64,000 bases of DNA from Octopus sinensis (GCF_006345805.1 NC_042999.1:127038001-127102000); one strand, 5' to 3'. Positions 24,680-37,860 are shown, counted from the stretch's first letter. Program-made: numbers and translations. The notes: a model not told the origin generated them from the sequence alone.

Positions 24680-25587
24680 AATACACAGACACTAAGTTTC
24701 CTCAAATGATTGGGTGAATCATTAGAAGTAGTAGATAGCTTCTGTTACCTAGGAAACCAAGTTAGCAGTAGTGGAGGGAGTTCTGAAAGTGTAGTTGCTA
24801 GGATAAGAAAGGGCTAGGTGAAGTTCAGAAAGCTTCTACCTTTGTTGGTAAGTAAAAGACCTCCCCATCAGAGTGAAAGGCAGATTGCATGATGCCTGTG
24901 TATGTAAAGCTATGTTACATGGCAATGAAACATGTGCCTTGACTACAGAGGACTTGCAAAGGCTAGAAAGAAATGAAGCTAGCATGCTCTGCTAGATGGG
25001 TAATGTCAGTGTGATTACATGACAGAGTAAATGATTTAGGAAGAAAATTGGATATAAGAGGCGTCAGTTGTGTGCAAGAGAGAAGACTGTGCTGGTTTGG
25101 TCATGTGATGCATATGGAGAGAACAGCTGCATAAAGAACTATTGAAATCTAATTGTAGAGGGTATTTGTGGAAAGGATAGACCCAAGAAAATGTGGGATG
25201 AATGGGTGGGAAAGGATCTTCAGAAGCTGGGACTCACTGAGGAAATGACAACGGACTGGGATGTGGCGATTTTCTGTACTTGATAAGATACATCAAACTA
25301 AGTAGAATCGCTGTCTTCCACACATACAGGCTTGTTATTTCAGGTGTCTGTGCCACTTAACCAGCACCCTTGCTGGCTGGTGCTGTGTCAATGTACCCAT
25401 GCCAGTGGCATGTAAAAAGCACTCAGCACCCTCTGTGGTTGGTGTTAGGAAGAGCATCCAACTGTAGTAACCCTGCCACAACAGACAACTGGAGTCTGGA
25501 CAGCTTCCTGCTAGCCAGCTTCATGTCAAACCGTCCAACCCATGCCAGCATGGAAAGCAGATGTTAAACGATGACGATGACGATGAG
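24680..25587 (+). mobile_element. 5'-truncated RTE-clade LINE (ORF C-terminus, 3' UTR, (GAT/GAC)n tail)
   Basis: GESLEVVDSFCYLGNQVSSSGGSSESVVARIRKG*VKFRKLLPLL...RVKGRLHDACV..AMLHGNET...LQRLERNEASML. It continues into the CCAACCCATGCCAGCATGGAAAGCAGATGTTAAACGATGACGATGA tail. Confidence 0.85.
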
Positions 25588-25850
25588 TCTTGATGTTGCT
25601 TGAATGATAATGAGGAACAAGATGGCTGCCTAAAATCTAATGGTAGATAGAAGCTGAAAGAAACCCAGTGTATATATGCATACACTAAAGAGGCTAAGTG
25701 CTTTTGGTGAGCATGTCTGATTAGTTTTCTGTATTGCTATGTGCAATAGTAGATAGTAATAGATGTGCAATAGTAGATATGAAACTAATGGAGACTTTCT
25801 GATCATTTATATGTCATAACTAGGAATATACTATTTGACTTTATAAAAAT

Positions 25851-26304
25851 AGGAGCGGCGGTGTGGTAAGTAGCTTGCTTAGATATACATACATGTATGT
25901 GTGTGTGTGTCCATGTGTGAATAAGAAGCTTGTAAGTAGCTTGCTAACCAACCACATGGTTCTGGGTTCAGTCCTACTGCGTGGCACCTTGGGCGTTTTC
26001 TGCTATAGCCTTGGGGCGACCAAAGCCTTGTGAGTAGATTTGGTAGACGGAAACTGAAAGAAGCCTGTCGTATATATGTATATGTATATATATGTGTGTG
26101 TGTGTGTGTGTGTTTGTATGTCTTTGTTTGTCCCCCCCAACATCGCTTGACAACCGATGCTGGTGTGTTTACGTCCCCGTAACTTAGCGGTTCGGCAAAA
26201 AAGTCCGATAGAATAAGTACTAGGCTTACAAAGAATAAGTCCTGGGGTCGATTCGCTCGACTAAAGGCGGTGCTCCAGCATTGCCGCAGCCAAATGACTG
26301 AAAC
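25851..26304 (+). mobile_element. Young full-length SINE family A
   Basis: Head GTGTGGTAAGTAGCTTGCT, B box GGTTCAGTCC, core GGCACCTTGGGC, internal (TA)(TG) tract, tail GGCGGTGCTCCAGCA...AAATGACTGAAAC. CpGs are retained. Confidence 0.9.
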
Positions 26305-26425
26305 ACACACACACACACATGAGTGCGCACACACACATACACATGAGTGCGCGCACACACACACACATGAGTGCGCATGCACACACACATGAGTGTGCAC
26401 ACACACACACATGAGTGTGCACAAA
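26303..26425. repeat. Minisatellite, 5 units of ~22-24 bp (CACACACACATGAGTGYGCA)
   Basis: CATGAGTGYGC recurs five times in a (CA)n background. Confidence 0.85.
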
Positions 26426-26840
26426 CACATACACACACACACACATACACAATAAGAAGTAAAAGAGATTAATAAATCCACACAGCTATCTGGAAATCAC
26501 TCAGCGGTCAAGTGAACTGGGTCAGCCAAATCAAACAATAATCAGATACCAATAAATTCAAGTAGAATTAACAGTCAAGTTAATTCCTCATATATACGTA
26601 AATCCAAATACCACTTAAAAGAATTTCAAGAAATCTAGAGTATATAATAGCATAAGCTAGAATGGAGAAAACCACATCTTTAATTGATGATGCACTATAC
26701 ATTACAGATGACTGTTTCAATTGTGCCAGCGTATTTAGATATAGAGAAATGATAGAAAATACTAATCAAACCAATTTATCCCAAAATTTATGCTAACGCA
26801 ATGTTATCACAGTAACCTAATATAGATTAATTTCAAAATG

Positions 26841-26842
<2 letters not shown>

Positions 26843-26922
<80 letters not shown>

Positions 26923-26933
26923 TGTATGTATAT

Positions 26934-27010
<77 letters not shown>

Positions 27011-27219
27011 TAAATATACATAGGTATGAATGTATGAATGTTTGTTATTATTCAGTTTTATTTCAAGATTTCTAGCCAATAGAGAAAGAGGCACTCTCTA
27101 ACCTAGATCCAAGGCTTCTTCATTAGAATTTCAACATTTTTGTATGTATGTATGTTTGTATGTATGTATGTATGTATGTATGTATTTATGTATGTATGTA
27201 TGTATGTATGTATGTATGC

Positions 27220-27250
<31 letters not shown>

Positions 27251-27251
27251 C

Positions 27252-27284
<33 letters not shown>

Positions 27285-27400
27285 TGTATGTATGTATATA
27301 TGTATGTATGTATGCAAGCATGTATGTATGTATGTATGTATGCAAGCATGTATGTATGTATGTATGTTTGTATGCATGCATGTTATGTATGCATATACAT
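26843..27400. repeat. (TA)n and (TATG)n microsatellite blocks
   Basis: Directly visible at 26843-27010 and 27141-27400. Confidence 0.9.
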
Positions 27401-27789
27401 GTATGTGTGTGTGAGTGTGTGTAAACGAGTGTTATTCATTTTTAATATTCTGTGAAGACATGCCTGGCTATGAGGAAATATTAACTTGCTGGGAAACAAA
27501 TAAGGGTTGACAACAAGAAAGGCACCCAGCTATAGGAATTCTACCTCAAATAAACTCCATCTAACCATGCAAGCATGGAAAAATGAATGTCAAAATAATG
27601 ATCATCATCATGCCGATGACAATGATGACAATACTGATGATGATGCAGTATTCTATAAACCTTATAAATGACAAATGATTTATACGGTCAGTTTGTTTAA
27701 CTAACCAGCCACATCACTTCCATTCTTTTCAGTCTGGTGAAATTAAAGATTATGTCAGTAAATCAATATAACAACCCCCTTCAGTAATG

Positions 27790-28100
27790 TATAACCATAG
27801 GATTGCACCTAGAATGTTCCTCTCCAAAGCACAAGTCTGGGCAAGGTTGTTTTTATGGCAGACCAACAGTCACTCATGCATGTCAGCCTCCCCTCTCCAT
27901 GCCACTGATGTTATGCAAGGTAAAGAAAAGGCCAATACAACTTGGTACCAGTGATGTCGCAACTCATTTCTACAGCTGAGTGAATTGGAACAACATGAAA
28001 TAAAGTGTCTTGTTCAAGAATACAATTTATAGCTCAGTTTGGGACTCAAACTCACTACCTCATGACTGTGAGCCTGATGTTCTAATCACTGAGCCATGCA
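27790..28100 (-). mobile_element. tRNA-derived SINE, family C
   Basis: GGATTGCACCTAGAA...CAACTCATTTCTACAGCTGAGTGAATTGGAACAACATGAAATAAAGTGTCTTG...CTAATCACTGAGCCA. Confidence 0.8.
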
Positions 28101-29574
28101 CCAAAAGGAATTGTAATTCTATTGGCAAAATCCTACAGCACTTGTCAACTCCCCACACTTGTTCCGATTCCTTATGATGAGCTATTGTATTCGCTAGTGT
28201 GAATTTTATTATTAAGTTGGCTAACTGTGACCACCACAACCTGATCAAGCAGATCTATGACCAAAGATATTTCAATTATTTATCATGCCGTCCTTTTTTT
28301 TTTCAGACATAGGTGTGGCTCTGTGGTAAGAAGTTTTGACATTCCAGTGACACCCAATGCATTAAAAAGTAAAATTTCTTGGACTGCATGGCTGGAAAGG
28401 AAGCTGGTGGTGCCTTGCTGTCTGACTGCACTTTGAAAAAGCTCGCAGGACATCAGATACATGGCTGACAAGGGTAAGTATCTGACGTTGGTGTGAAAGT
28501 GACTTTAATAACACCATAGGATTTGCTTTGACCAATAGCAGTCCAGTTTCCAGTAGCCATCTTGGACTTCCTGCATCTTTCCGTTTAGTTAAATGAGCCT
28601 GATGAGCTAGGTTTCTGTAAGAAGCCTACAAATCTTTAAGTCCCACAGGACCAAATCATGCTGTTTTAAATAATAATAATATGTATATGTGTGTGTGTGG
28701 TGTGTGTATGTGTGTGTGCGTGCATGCATGTGTGTGCATATGTGCATGTGTGTGTGTGTATGTACATATGTATGTAACTGTCTCCTTGCTTTGACATCAC
28801 ATCATATTAGTAAATCAATGTTACCATTGTGCAAGGAGTATTTTTCATTTGCAATCTTCTATGAAAAAATGTTTGCTAATAGGGTAATATTACCTTACTT
28901 GGAAAGAGGTGAGTATTTGTAACAAGAAGGGCATCAAACTGTAGAAAATCCATTGAAAAGTGGGTGTTAAAACAATTATTGTCCAATGATTATTGATGAT
29001 ACAAAGTATATATAAATACATACATACTTACATAAATACTTACACACATACACACATACACACACACACACACACATACACACACACACATACACACGCA
29101 CACACAATATTAGGGAAATTTATCTGCTATTTCCAGCAGGTTGAATGACTATGTAGTTGTTTCCTAATATTTGAGTTAAATTTATAGTTTTGCCTTCAAA
29201 TTAAAAAATTACAAAAAATTATAATGTTCATCCGATTTGGTTGAGGTATGTGATGTTGATAAGCCACAAAAATAGCAAAACAATGATTTCCATCACCCCT
29301 GAATGGCATTTGAGGTGAGTTGTCCCACCTGTCCATGACTTTCAGGAGCTTCAACACCCAATGCTCTGAGGGAGTAACTTCACCACTCCAAATTGCAGCC
29401 TACCAGCAAACACACATGGCATGTATGTTAAGTATGTGTGGTCGATAATGTTTATTACACTAGTGCTGCTTCTATTTCATATCTAAATTAAAAATTTATA
29501 ATGCTTTCAAAACCTGTGAGTGTAAAAATTTATTACATTTAAAAGTCAGAAAATGAGTGCTAGAATTTGTCATT

Positions 29575-30050
29575 CATCATCATCATCGTCGTCGTTTAAC
29601 GTCTGCTTTCCATGCTAGCATGGGTTGGACGATTTGACTGAGGTCTGCTGAACCAGATGGCTGCACCAGACTCCAATCTGATCTGGCAGAGTTTCTACAG
29701 CTGGATGCCCTTCCTAACGCCAACCACTCCGAGAGTGTAGCGGGTGTTTTTACATGCCACTGGCACGAGGGCCAGTCAGCCAGTACTGGCAACAGCCATG
29801 CTCTGATGGTGCTTTTTATGTGCCACATGCACAGGAGCCAGTCCAGTGGTACAGGCAATGACCTCACTCAAATATTTTTTCACATGCCACCAGCACAAGT
29901 GCTAGTAAGGTGACGCAGGTAACAATCACACTCAAATGGTGTTTTTAACATGCCATCGGCTCGTAGGCCAGCTTGTTGCTCTGGCCCCAATCTCACTCAT
30001 ATGGTTCTTATAGTGCTCCACTAGCATGGATGCCAGGCATCGAATTTGAT
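29575..30050 (-). mobile_element. RTE-tail repeat with tandem 3' UTR units
   Basis: Reverse-complement counterpart of 7685-8148, with a (CAT/CGT)n tail at 29575-29594. Confidence 0.85.
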
Positions 30051-31564
30051 TTCGATTTCGTTTGTTGAATATTTTTAGTCAGTTCTTTCTGAAATAACTT
30101 CATAGTTCTAAGGCAGCAAATTAAACTCATTTCAGTAACCCAAAGATCTAGCAAACCTAGTCTAGAACCAGAATGTACTCTCAAATATAGGCTTGTTAAT
30201 GGTATTGGTAAAATGTGGAAATTAAGATAAGTTATATCCAGTTTTTCTGTCATACCTGTCTTTGTATGTCAAGATGTCTGAGTTGCTTAGCCCCAATCAG
30301 TTTTGATGGAGTATGTCAGTGATCAAAGATATTCCAACTAAGACCATCTTGTCTTTTCAAGAGCATCTTGGAGCACATTGGTCAATGCATCCTTTTCTTT
30401 TTCAAGACGATAGCATGCGATTTAAAGGTGATTTGGCTGCTACTTCTTGCAATTGGAGCAACCACTTAGAGATACTATTGTTGGTTTCAGTAAAAGTGTA
30501 AAAGCACAGTAGAAGGATGTCAGTCATACAATACAGAACTTTAAGTAGAGAAGCTAAAATAAACAAGATGGACTGGATTGGATTACAAGAGCTACAAGAC
30601 TTGTATACATACCTGTAAACATAGGGCAAAACAGATTTAGAGAAGAAATCTTTTATTCATTTCAATGAGAGGAAGAGAGAGAAAAAGAGAGAAAGAGAGA
30701 GAAGGAGGGAGAGAGAGAGGGGGAGAGCAAGAGAGTGAATATGTCAATTTGTGTGTGTGATGTATAGTTTGTGTTAGTAAGAAATAATTGTTTGACACAG
30801 TGAATCTAGAATAGTGTTTCTCTTTAGTACTCCAGTTTGTTTTAGCCATCACAACCAGTTAAATACCTCAAGTGGTGAGTTACAATTTGGTGATATCATT
30901 AATGATTTATTTACAATTTACTTATTTACTAATGGTTTAATTAGAGAAAGAGAAGTAAGACTTTGAGAAAATAATTAGAGTGGTTATTTCAGTGTTATGT
31001 GTATATGCATCAACAATCTGAATGATATCAGAATAAATTGATTCTAAGCAGGAGTAGAGTTATCATATGTCAAGTATTGCATCAATGTTTTCTGTTGTGG
31101 TGTGATCTCTGCAAAATCTTTAAATTCAGAAGCAAAGTCTGTTAAGTATTTTCTTCAACTTTTTCCTGAAGAGTCTTTTTGAGTCAGGGTGAGCCATGAA
31201 ACTAGAAGATATGTACCTCTATCTTCATTGCATCAATGAAGGAGATGAATGCATTTCTTGGAATACTTTTTCTATGTTTGTTGTACAGCTTCCAAGTTAC
31301 AGAGACTGCTGGAACACTAAGTAAGTTCTGAGACAGGAAATTGACACCCAGGAATCAGTATTTTGTAAATATATGTGAAAACACCCATGTATAATCAACT
31401 TAACTGTATTTATCCTCTGTGGGCAGTTGAAAATGATATGACAAGTAAAAATCTACAACAACCAATGAAAACCACAGTCACAATGTACATCACTCCTTAT
31501 GTCATATCTGCAAGTTTCAGCCAAATTATGCAATAATTAAATTTTTATGATTTTTATAGTAGAC

Positions 31565-32079
31565 CAAGGGTCACCAAAGGGGGTCTGAGGGACCCCCTCG
31601 AGGTCGGCAGCACATTACTGAGGATCGATGATAGCCAAGGGGTCAAATAGGTCAGCATGCGAAAGACCAGCTCACCCGGTTGAACTGCTTGAAATACTTA
31701 GTCTCTGTGCTATGCTCATCCCTCACATTGATGTCAGTTCCAATAAAAGACATTCCAGCAATGATGCATTTTTTCACATTTTCTAACCGTGAAAACAATT
31801 TCATAAAAATTGAGAGGTTAATATGGTATACTTGTACATGTAGTTTTAAATGTAAAATGAGTGTCATCTTCAATAGAATTTTCTTGGTTTGTCGTACATG
31901 TATATTTTAGTTAACATTTTAATTGCCAGCATTTAAGATATGGTACAGTAGGGTAGGGCATTAAGATATTTTAAGTGAGGAAGGTGGTTGATGTGGAAGG
32001 AGAAATGGCTAAAGGGGGTTGATGTGGAAGGAGAAGTAGCTAAAGGAGGTCGATGGTCGAAAAAGTTTGGTGACACCTG
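31565..32079. mobile_element. hAT (Charlie-like) non-autonomous element with 8-bp TSD
   Basis: TIRs CAAGGGTCACCAAA / TTTGGTGACACCTG. TSD TAGTAGAC (31557-31564) and TACTAGAC (32080-32087). Internal 31-bp tandem duplication at ~31986-32050. Confidence 0.8.
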
Positions 32080-33299
32080 TACTAGACTAACTGTATTTCA
32101 TCAGAATCCCTCACTTCTAACATGTTTGAGAGACTTATACAGAGAAAATATGACAGAACTTCAAAGTTAGGAAAAGTGATAAAACAGAAGAGTAAAAGTT
32201 TTAGTGACACAATCAATGTTGTGTAGGGATTAGTATACTTGCCCGGGGAACAAAAACTACATTGTTAAGTTTCTATTAACGAAAGAAATTAATTTTTGAA
32301 TGGAAAAGTACAATGTCTGTGAGGCTGAGGTATTGTCTTGTTTTCTATTCACATCTGAGAACACATTACAAGATTATTAAATCAACATCAGTACTTGATT
32401 GGTACTAATTTTATTGACCCTGGAAGGATAAAAGTTAAAGTCAACCCCAACAGGATTTGAACTTAAAATGTAAAGAGCCATAATTAAATATCAGAGAAGC
32501 GTTTACTCTGATGCTTGGATGACTGTCAATTCACAACTCTGCTGGCCATTTTGTAAGGAAGACAAGCTTCTGCTATTTGTGAGAACCCTGAGTAAGGCTC
32601 ATAACTGCTTGCCATGATTTGCCTAAACACTCCTATTTCACAGTCGAGAGATTAGCTGTAGGAAAAGCATCCAGCTATAAAAATATTTGTTTTAGCAAAA
32701 AGACCATCCTACATATTGTTAGCATGAAATATTGGATGCAAAAAATAAATAAATAAAAATAAAAATAACAATGAGATTTTATTTCACACTAGCATCAGTC
32801 ATTTATTTCTGAAAAACAAAAAAAAACAACACATTTTTGAATATTTGCATGTAATGCTAGAGCAGATGTTTTCACAGCTCAATGCCCTTTTTAATGTTAA
32901 TCACTCAGCTGTGAACTATTTTTCAGACAGACAGACTAAAGAAATTACAGTAGTCTACCACTTAGCCACCATGAAGATTATTGCCTTTATTTCATTTATT
33001 TAATAGTATTGACTCATAGATCATGTGTTCCTATGTCACTGGAGTAGGTTGGTTTAATTTACCTTTGTTTATCTACCGTGAGAATAAACACCTGTTGATA
33101 TCAGAGATCAAATGTATTTTATATAAAGAACTATTTACTCCTCATCCACTTAACCATTTGCTAATTAAAGATAAGTACAGTTCCTCCCTTGGAGCAGTGG
33201 TACATTGCTAAATGATTTACATATTTTTACATTATTTATTATTCCCCACCCCTGTTTAGAAGAAGAGAGATGGAATACGTTTAAGGAATATATTTAAGG

Positions 33300-34210
33300 C
33301 TCTCTACATCTGTTGTTAACATAGTAACTGGATAGATCTTTTGCAATCTAACCTCGCAGATGTTTTATTAATAACAGAATTTGGTAGTTGTGTTCTAAAC
33401 AAAATAAGCAGTGTTGCTAACAATATTATCTATTGTTTGTATAATCTGGTAGAAATGTTGTTAGCAGTATAGTTCAGTTAACCTGATGTTGATAACATGG
33501 TCTGATAGATAAGTTGTAAGCAATATAATTTGGTACATCTGCTGTTGACAATTTGACAATATAATTTATTGAATGTGTTGTTTGTAACATAGACCATGTA
33601 TTAGCCATATACTCTGTTAGGTCAGTTTGTTAGTAGCATGATCAAGGAGGTCTAAAAAATACTGGCACTCTGTCAGTTATGATGAGGATTCCGGCCGATC
33701 CAATCAAAAGAAAAGTCTGTTCATGAAATTAACTTGCAAATGGCTGAGCATTCCACCCTTAATGTTGTTTGCAGGGTGATTCAGCATGACACAGAATGTG
33801 GTCCTTTGAATTACAAGTACAGCTGAGTGGACTGGAACAATATGAAATACAGTGTCTTGCTCAAGGACACAACATACTGTCGGTAATTGAACTCACAACC
33901 TTACGATCTTGAGCTGAATACTTTAACCACTTAGCCACAAGTCTATGTTTAGTAATATAATTAGGTTGATTTGCTATTAGCAACATGATCTGATAGATCT
34001 GCTGTTAACATTATAGTCTTATATATTTATTGTTAGCTATATAATCTTGTTTTGTTGTTAACTGTATAATATAGACGATCTATTTTTGATAATAGAATAA
34101 TATTGATCTTTTGCTATTATTTTGACAGACAAGTTATTATCTATTCAATATTTTTGAAATATAATTCAGCTGTATTACTAATAATATATATTAGAGATCT
34201 GGTCAGATTT
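33300..34210. repeat. Cryptic degenerate 28-bp minisatellite interrupted by a SINE
   Basis: Consecutive 28-mers: ATAATCTGGTAGAAATGTTGTTAGCAGT, ATAGTTCAGTTAACCTGATGTTGATAAC, ATGGTCTGATAGATAAGTTGTAAGCAAT, ATAATTTGGTACATCTGCTGTTGACAAT. Confidence 0.75.
33655..33940 (-). mobile_element. tRNA-derived SINE, family C
   Basis: CAGCTGAGTGGACTGGAACAATATGAAATACAGTGTCTTGCTCAAGGACAC...GAACTCACAACCTTACGATC...TAACCACTTAGCCAC. Confidence 0.8.
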
Positions 34211-34266
34211 CAGGAAAGTCAGAAAGGTTATCCCTGGTGCACATTAAAATAAGCATGTGAAGTGTT

Positions 34267-34328
<62 letters not shown>

Positions 34329-34344
34329 CATACATATATATACA

Positions 34345-34570
34345 CATATAAAGCTGAAGTTGTCTGTGTGTGTGTGGCAGGTTTGGTAGCCTTCAACTAA
34401 CACTATCTCCTCCGAGACCCTGCAGTACAAGTTGACCAAAATTGAGAGTATGAGAGAAGAAGGCTTACTCTTCATTCTGTAGAAGAAAATATTCAAATCG
34501 GACCATGTTAAGACCAAAAATTATTTACATCAAAAAGGTGCTTTTTTTTTCTATGAAAATCCCTATTGAT
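34345..34570 (+). mobile_element. Probable Helitron-like non-autonomous 5' fragment
   Basis: ATATAAAGCTGAAGTTGTCTGTGTGTGTG...TTGACCAAAATTG...AAATCGGACC layout typical of non-autonomous Helitron-type elements. No 3' CTAG end found. Confidence 0.45.
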
Positions 34571-34624
34571 GATGATATATATAAATACACACACACACAC
34601 ACACACACATGTATATATGAATGT

Positions 34625-35505
34625 GTGGGGAGGGTTTAATCAATTGCATCATCCTCAGTGCTCAACTGGTACTTATTTTATCAGTCCAAAAGTATGAAAG
34701 GCAAATTCGACCCAGGAAGAATTTGAACTCAAAGTGTAGAGAGACGCAAGAAATGCTGATAAGCATTTAGGCTGATGTGCTAACAATTCTGCCAGCTTGC
34801 TACCTTAATTGTGACAATAATATTAATGATGATGATGATGATGATGATGATTTAATAATCCTTTCTACAATAAGCACAAGGTCTGAAATACTTTGTGGGA
34901 GGGACTAGTTGATTACATCGAACCCTCTCCTCCAGTATTCAACTGGTACTGAAAGGACCAACATCAGCAGAATTTGAATGTGGAGCGCAAAACCAGAAGA
35001 AATACCACTAAACAGTTTGCCTGGGGTGCTAACAATTCTACCAGCTCAACAGCTTAAATCAGGGGTCTGTGTACCTGGGTAAATTACCCCAAGTGGGGTA
35101 AAAATGAAATTCTTGTGGGTAATGAAGACTCATTAGACATAAGTAAAACTATATACAAAATGTGTTCTTTCAATAAACTTTTTGAATTCAAAGTATCTGA
35201 TTTTCTTCCTTTCAAATCAAGGGGGTAACATCAGCGTAAATAAATGCATTTTGGGTAATTGGTTAAAGAAGTTCTCTGGCCCCTGCCTTAAATAACGGTT
35301 TCAAATTTTAGTACAAAGTCACCAGTTTTTGAAAGGAAACTGTTTACATCAACCCTGGTACTTGACTTGTTCTTATTTTATCAACCCCTGAAAAGACGAA
35401 AGGGAAAGCCAACTTCAGTAGAATTTGAACTCAGAATGTAAAACTATGAAATGCCACTAAACATTTTGTCTGGCATGCTAACAATTGTGTCAGCTTACTG
35501 CCTTA
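34625..35505 (-). mobile_element. Cluster of three co-oriented family B SINEs (about 34625-34808, 34855-35056, 35295-35505)
   Basis: Each copy has ACTGGTACT-like, GAATTTGAA and GCTAACAATT..GCCAGCT-like segments. Confidence 0.75.
35060..35285. mobile_element. hAT MITE with 8-bp TSD
   Basis: CAGGGG...CCCCTG termini. TSD GCTTAAAT (35052-35059) and CCTTAAAT (35286-35293). Confidence 0.75.
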
Positions 35506-35639
35506 ATGAGATGATTTAATAATATTAGTAATGATTTCTAAGAAAGGAGACAGAGGTCCACACATATTAGGAGTGGTAAGGAGAGAGTCTATTAATTGAA
35601 CTTCGGCACTTCACTGGTAATTAATTTATGAACTTAACA

Positions 35640-36165
35640 GATGTTAGGGGTGATGTGGTTGCAGAAATTGTCTGACAGCTGACTGGGTTATCCTGCTTGT
35701 GTGGCATGATGCAGAGTTGTGTTGCCAGACATAGGGTCTTCCAGCAACCATCCTCTTGACCCAGGTCAGCACTACCTCCTCCAGGCACTTGATGTATGCC
35801 TCTGTGTTGAGTGTGAAGCCGTGTGGGAAGATGAATGGAGGCATAACATCATCATCAATAGTGATCATTCCAAACACCGTGATGTTGACTGGATGTTTGA
35901 TTTTTTATCACTCTTGGTATGTGTCCCTGGGTTGACACCCAAGCACTCTGAAATGTTCGTATTGGAGCTTCCAGTATGAATTCCAAGCAGTGCAGCATGT
36001 CATTTTGAAATTTCTGGCACAGTGAATTGTGTCATGATGCTGTTTTCTAATTGACAGTACCCAACTGACCCTGCTATACAGTGTAGTCAACAAAATCAAA
36101 AATAAACACTGTGCATGGGCGAAATTCAAAATGTATAATAGTGACAATTTACCTATTGCACCCTA
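35640..36165 (-). mobile_element. maT-family element, internally deleted and 3'-truncated
   Basis: Homologous to 54111-55277. It encodes VMPPFIFPHG..LNTEAYIKCLEEVVLTWVKRMVAGRPYVWQHNSASCH. Confidence 0.85.
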
Positions 36166-37599
36166 TATATGTCTACAAAATCATCTTTGTTATAAGATAT
36201 TTCCAAGCAATTTTACTAATGAGATTTGGCTGAAATAAACTGAAATTTGTTGTGAGATAGGGCTTATTAATGTTCTTGAATAAAGCACTTTATTTCATGT
36301 TGCTCCAGTTTTCTCAGTTAATAATGAATACCAACCAAATACTGATGCAGTCCATTTCTGCTGTCATATCCTTGATGTTGCACAGGGGGACAAAGAGGGG
36401 AGGGGTCCTAGAGGCTCTCTATATCTGTTTATGATGACAGAGGCACTGAACACAATTAGCAGAAGCATAGTCCATGCAACCAGATGATACTCATTTGCAT
36501 GTGACAGTTAAGGGTAGAGAGCAGTGTGAATTTGAAGAAACATCATGAGCAGAACAGAACTGAAAAGGATGTTCTGAAATGAAGTTGATATTGCAACTAA
36601 TTTCTTTTTCTTCTCATTTTATATTGTAGATAACCTGCTTATTAACATAGTTTTGTCATACACTTCTTTTGTTGTTCTTCATTGGAAGTAATATTAAGTA
36701 TTTCATTATTTTTCTTTAATGTTCATGATTAGTATTTCATAATCTCTCACTTATCTATGACTCATCAAAATGTTAATAATATATCAATAGGCACTTCAAT
36801 CGTCATGGCATTATCTGAGGACATAAAAAAGTCTTTGATATTTTGTGAGCATCCTACCTTACAGGATGTAATTTACTATGATATAATTTTCATTACACCA
36901 CAATAAATGTCCATAATTTTTTTATTTCATAGCTTTTCTGTTGTATATGGCATTTGCTGACCTTCTTTTATCTTTCTGAATCTGAAGACAATTGAAGGTT
37001 CAGTAGATGCCACTAGTTTAAAATGTATTCAAATACAGGAAGAAATATTAACAACTTATATCATATTCAAAGAACACTAACTTTGCTGTTAAGTCTTAAG
37101 CTTTGGTTCATGATTAATCTTTAATGGTGGATCTGGTGGTGTAACTGTGTTTTAGTTTTTTTTCTTTGACAGCACAATTTATTGATGTTTGTTCAGTTCT
37201 CAAACTCTGAACTTCTATATTTTTCACTCTCAAATTAAATTAAATTAATTTCAAATTTAATACAACTCTCATATCAAAACAACTGAGTTATGATTTAAAT
37301 TATATAAAGTTAGATGAACTTTTATTTAAAACAAATGAAGGTCAATCTAAAATATATGTAATTCATATTAAAATAATTAACGTGAAGGTGAAAAAATTTA
37401 CCTTTGATTTATAATATTATATTTTGTTTAAAGTTATGAAATTTCTAGAATAAATTAATATTTTTTTACAAGAGAAAATATATTATTGCTCATCATTTCT
37501 TGCATCATGATATATATAATTGTATAAATGAAACAACACAGGTTTAAAGGTTAAAGTAACATACAACTATTCCTTGTCTGTTAATATACATAGTTTAAA

Positions 37600-37860
37600 A
37601 GAGTAAAGACCCTTTTTGGTCATGAATGACCATGGGATTGCACCTAGAAAGTTACCCTCTGAGGCACAGGTCTGAGTAAGGTTGTTTATGGAAGACGAGC
37701 AGTCACCCATACATACCAGACTCCCCTCTCCACACCACTGATGTTATCCAAGGAAAGGCAAAGGCTGATACAACTTGGCACCAGTGATGTCGCAACTCAT
37801 TTCTACAGCTGAGTGAACTGGAGCAACATGAAATAAAGTGTTTTGCTTAAGAACACAACG
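37600..37860 (-). mobile_element. SINE family C (3' part)
   Basis: Near-identical to 27790-28020 (GGGATTGCACCTAGAAAG...CAACTCATTTCTACAGCTGAGTGAACTGGAGCAAC). Confidence 0.85.

Noticed and set aside
25879-26481. Longest ORF (200 aa, minus strand)
   Set aside because: It lies antisense across a SINE and a CA minisatellite and has no protein-like content.
33300-34210. CRISPR-like appearance of periodic repeats
   Set aside because: The units are contiguous and degenerate with no unique spacers, the context is eukaryotic and there are no cas genes.
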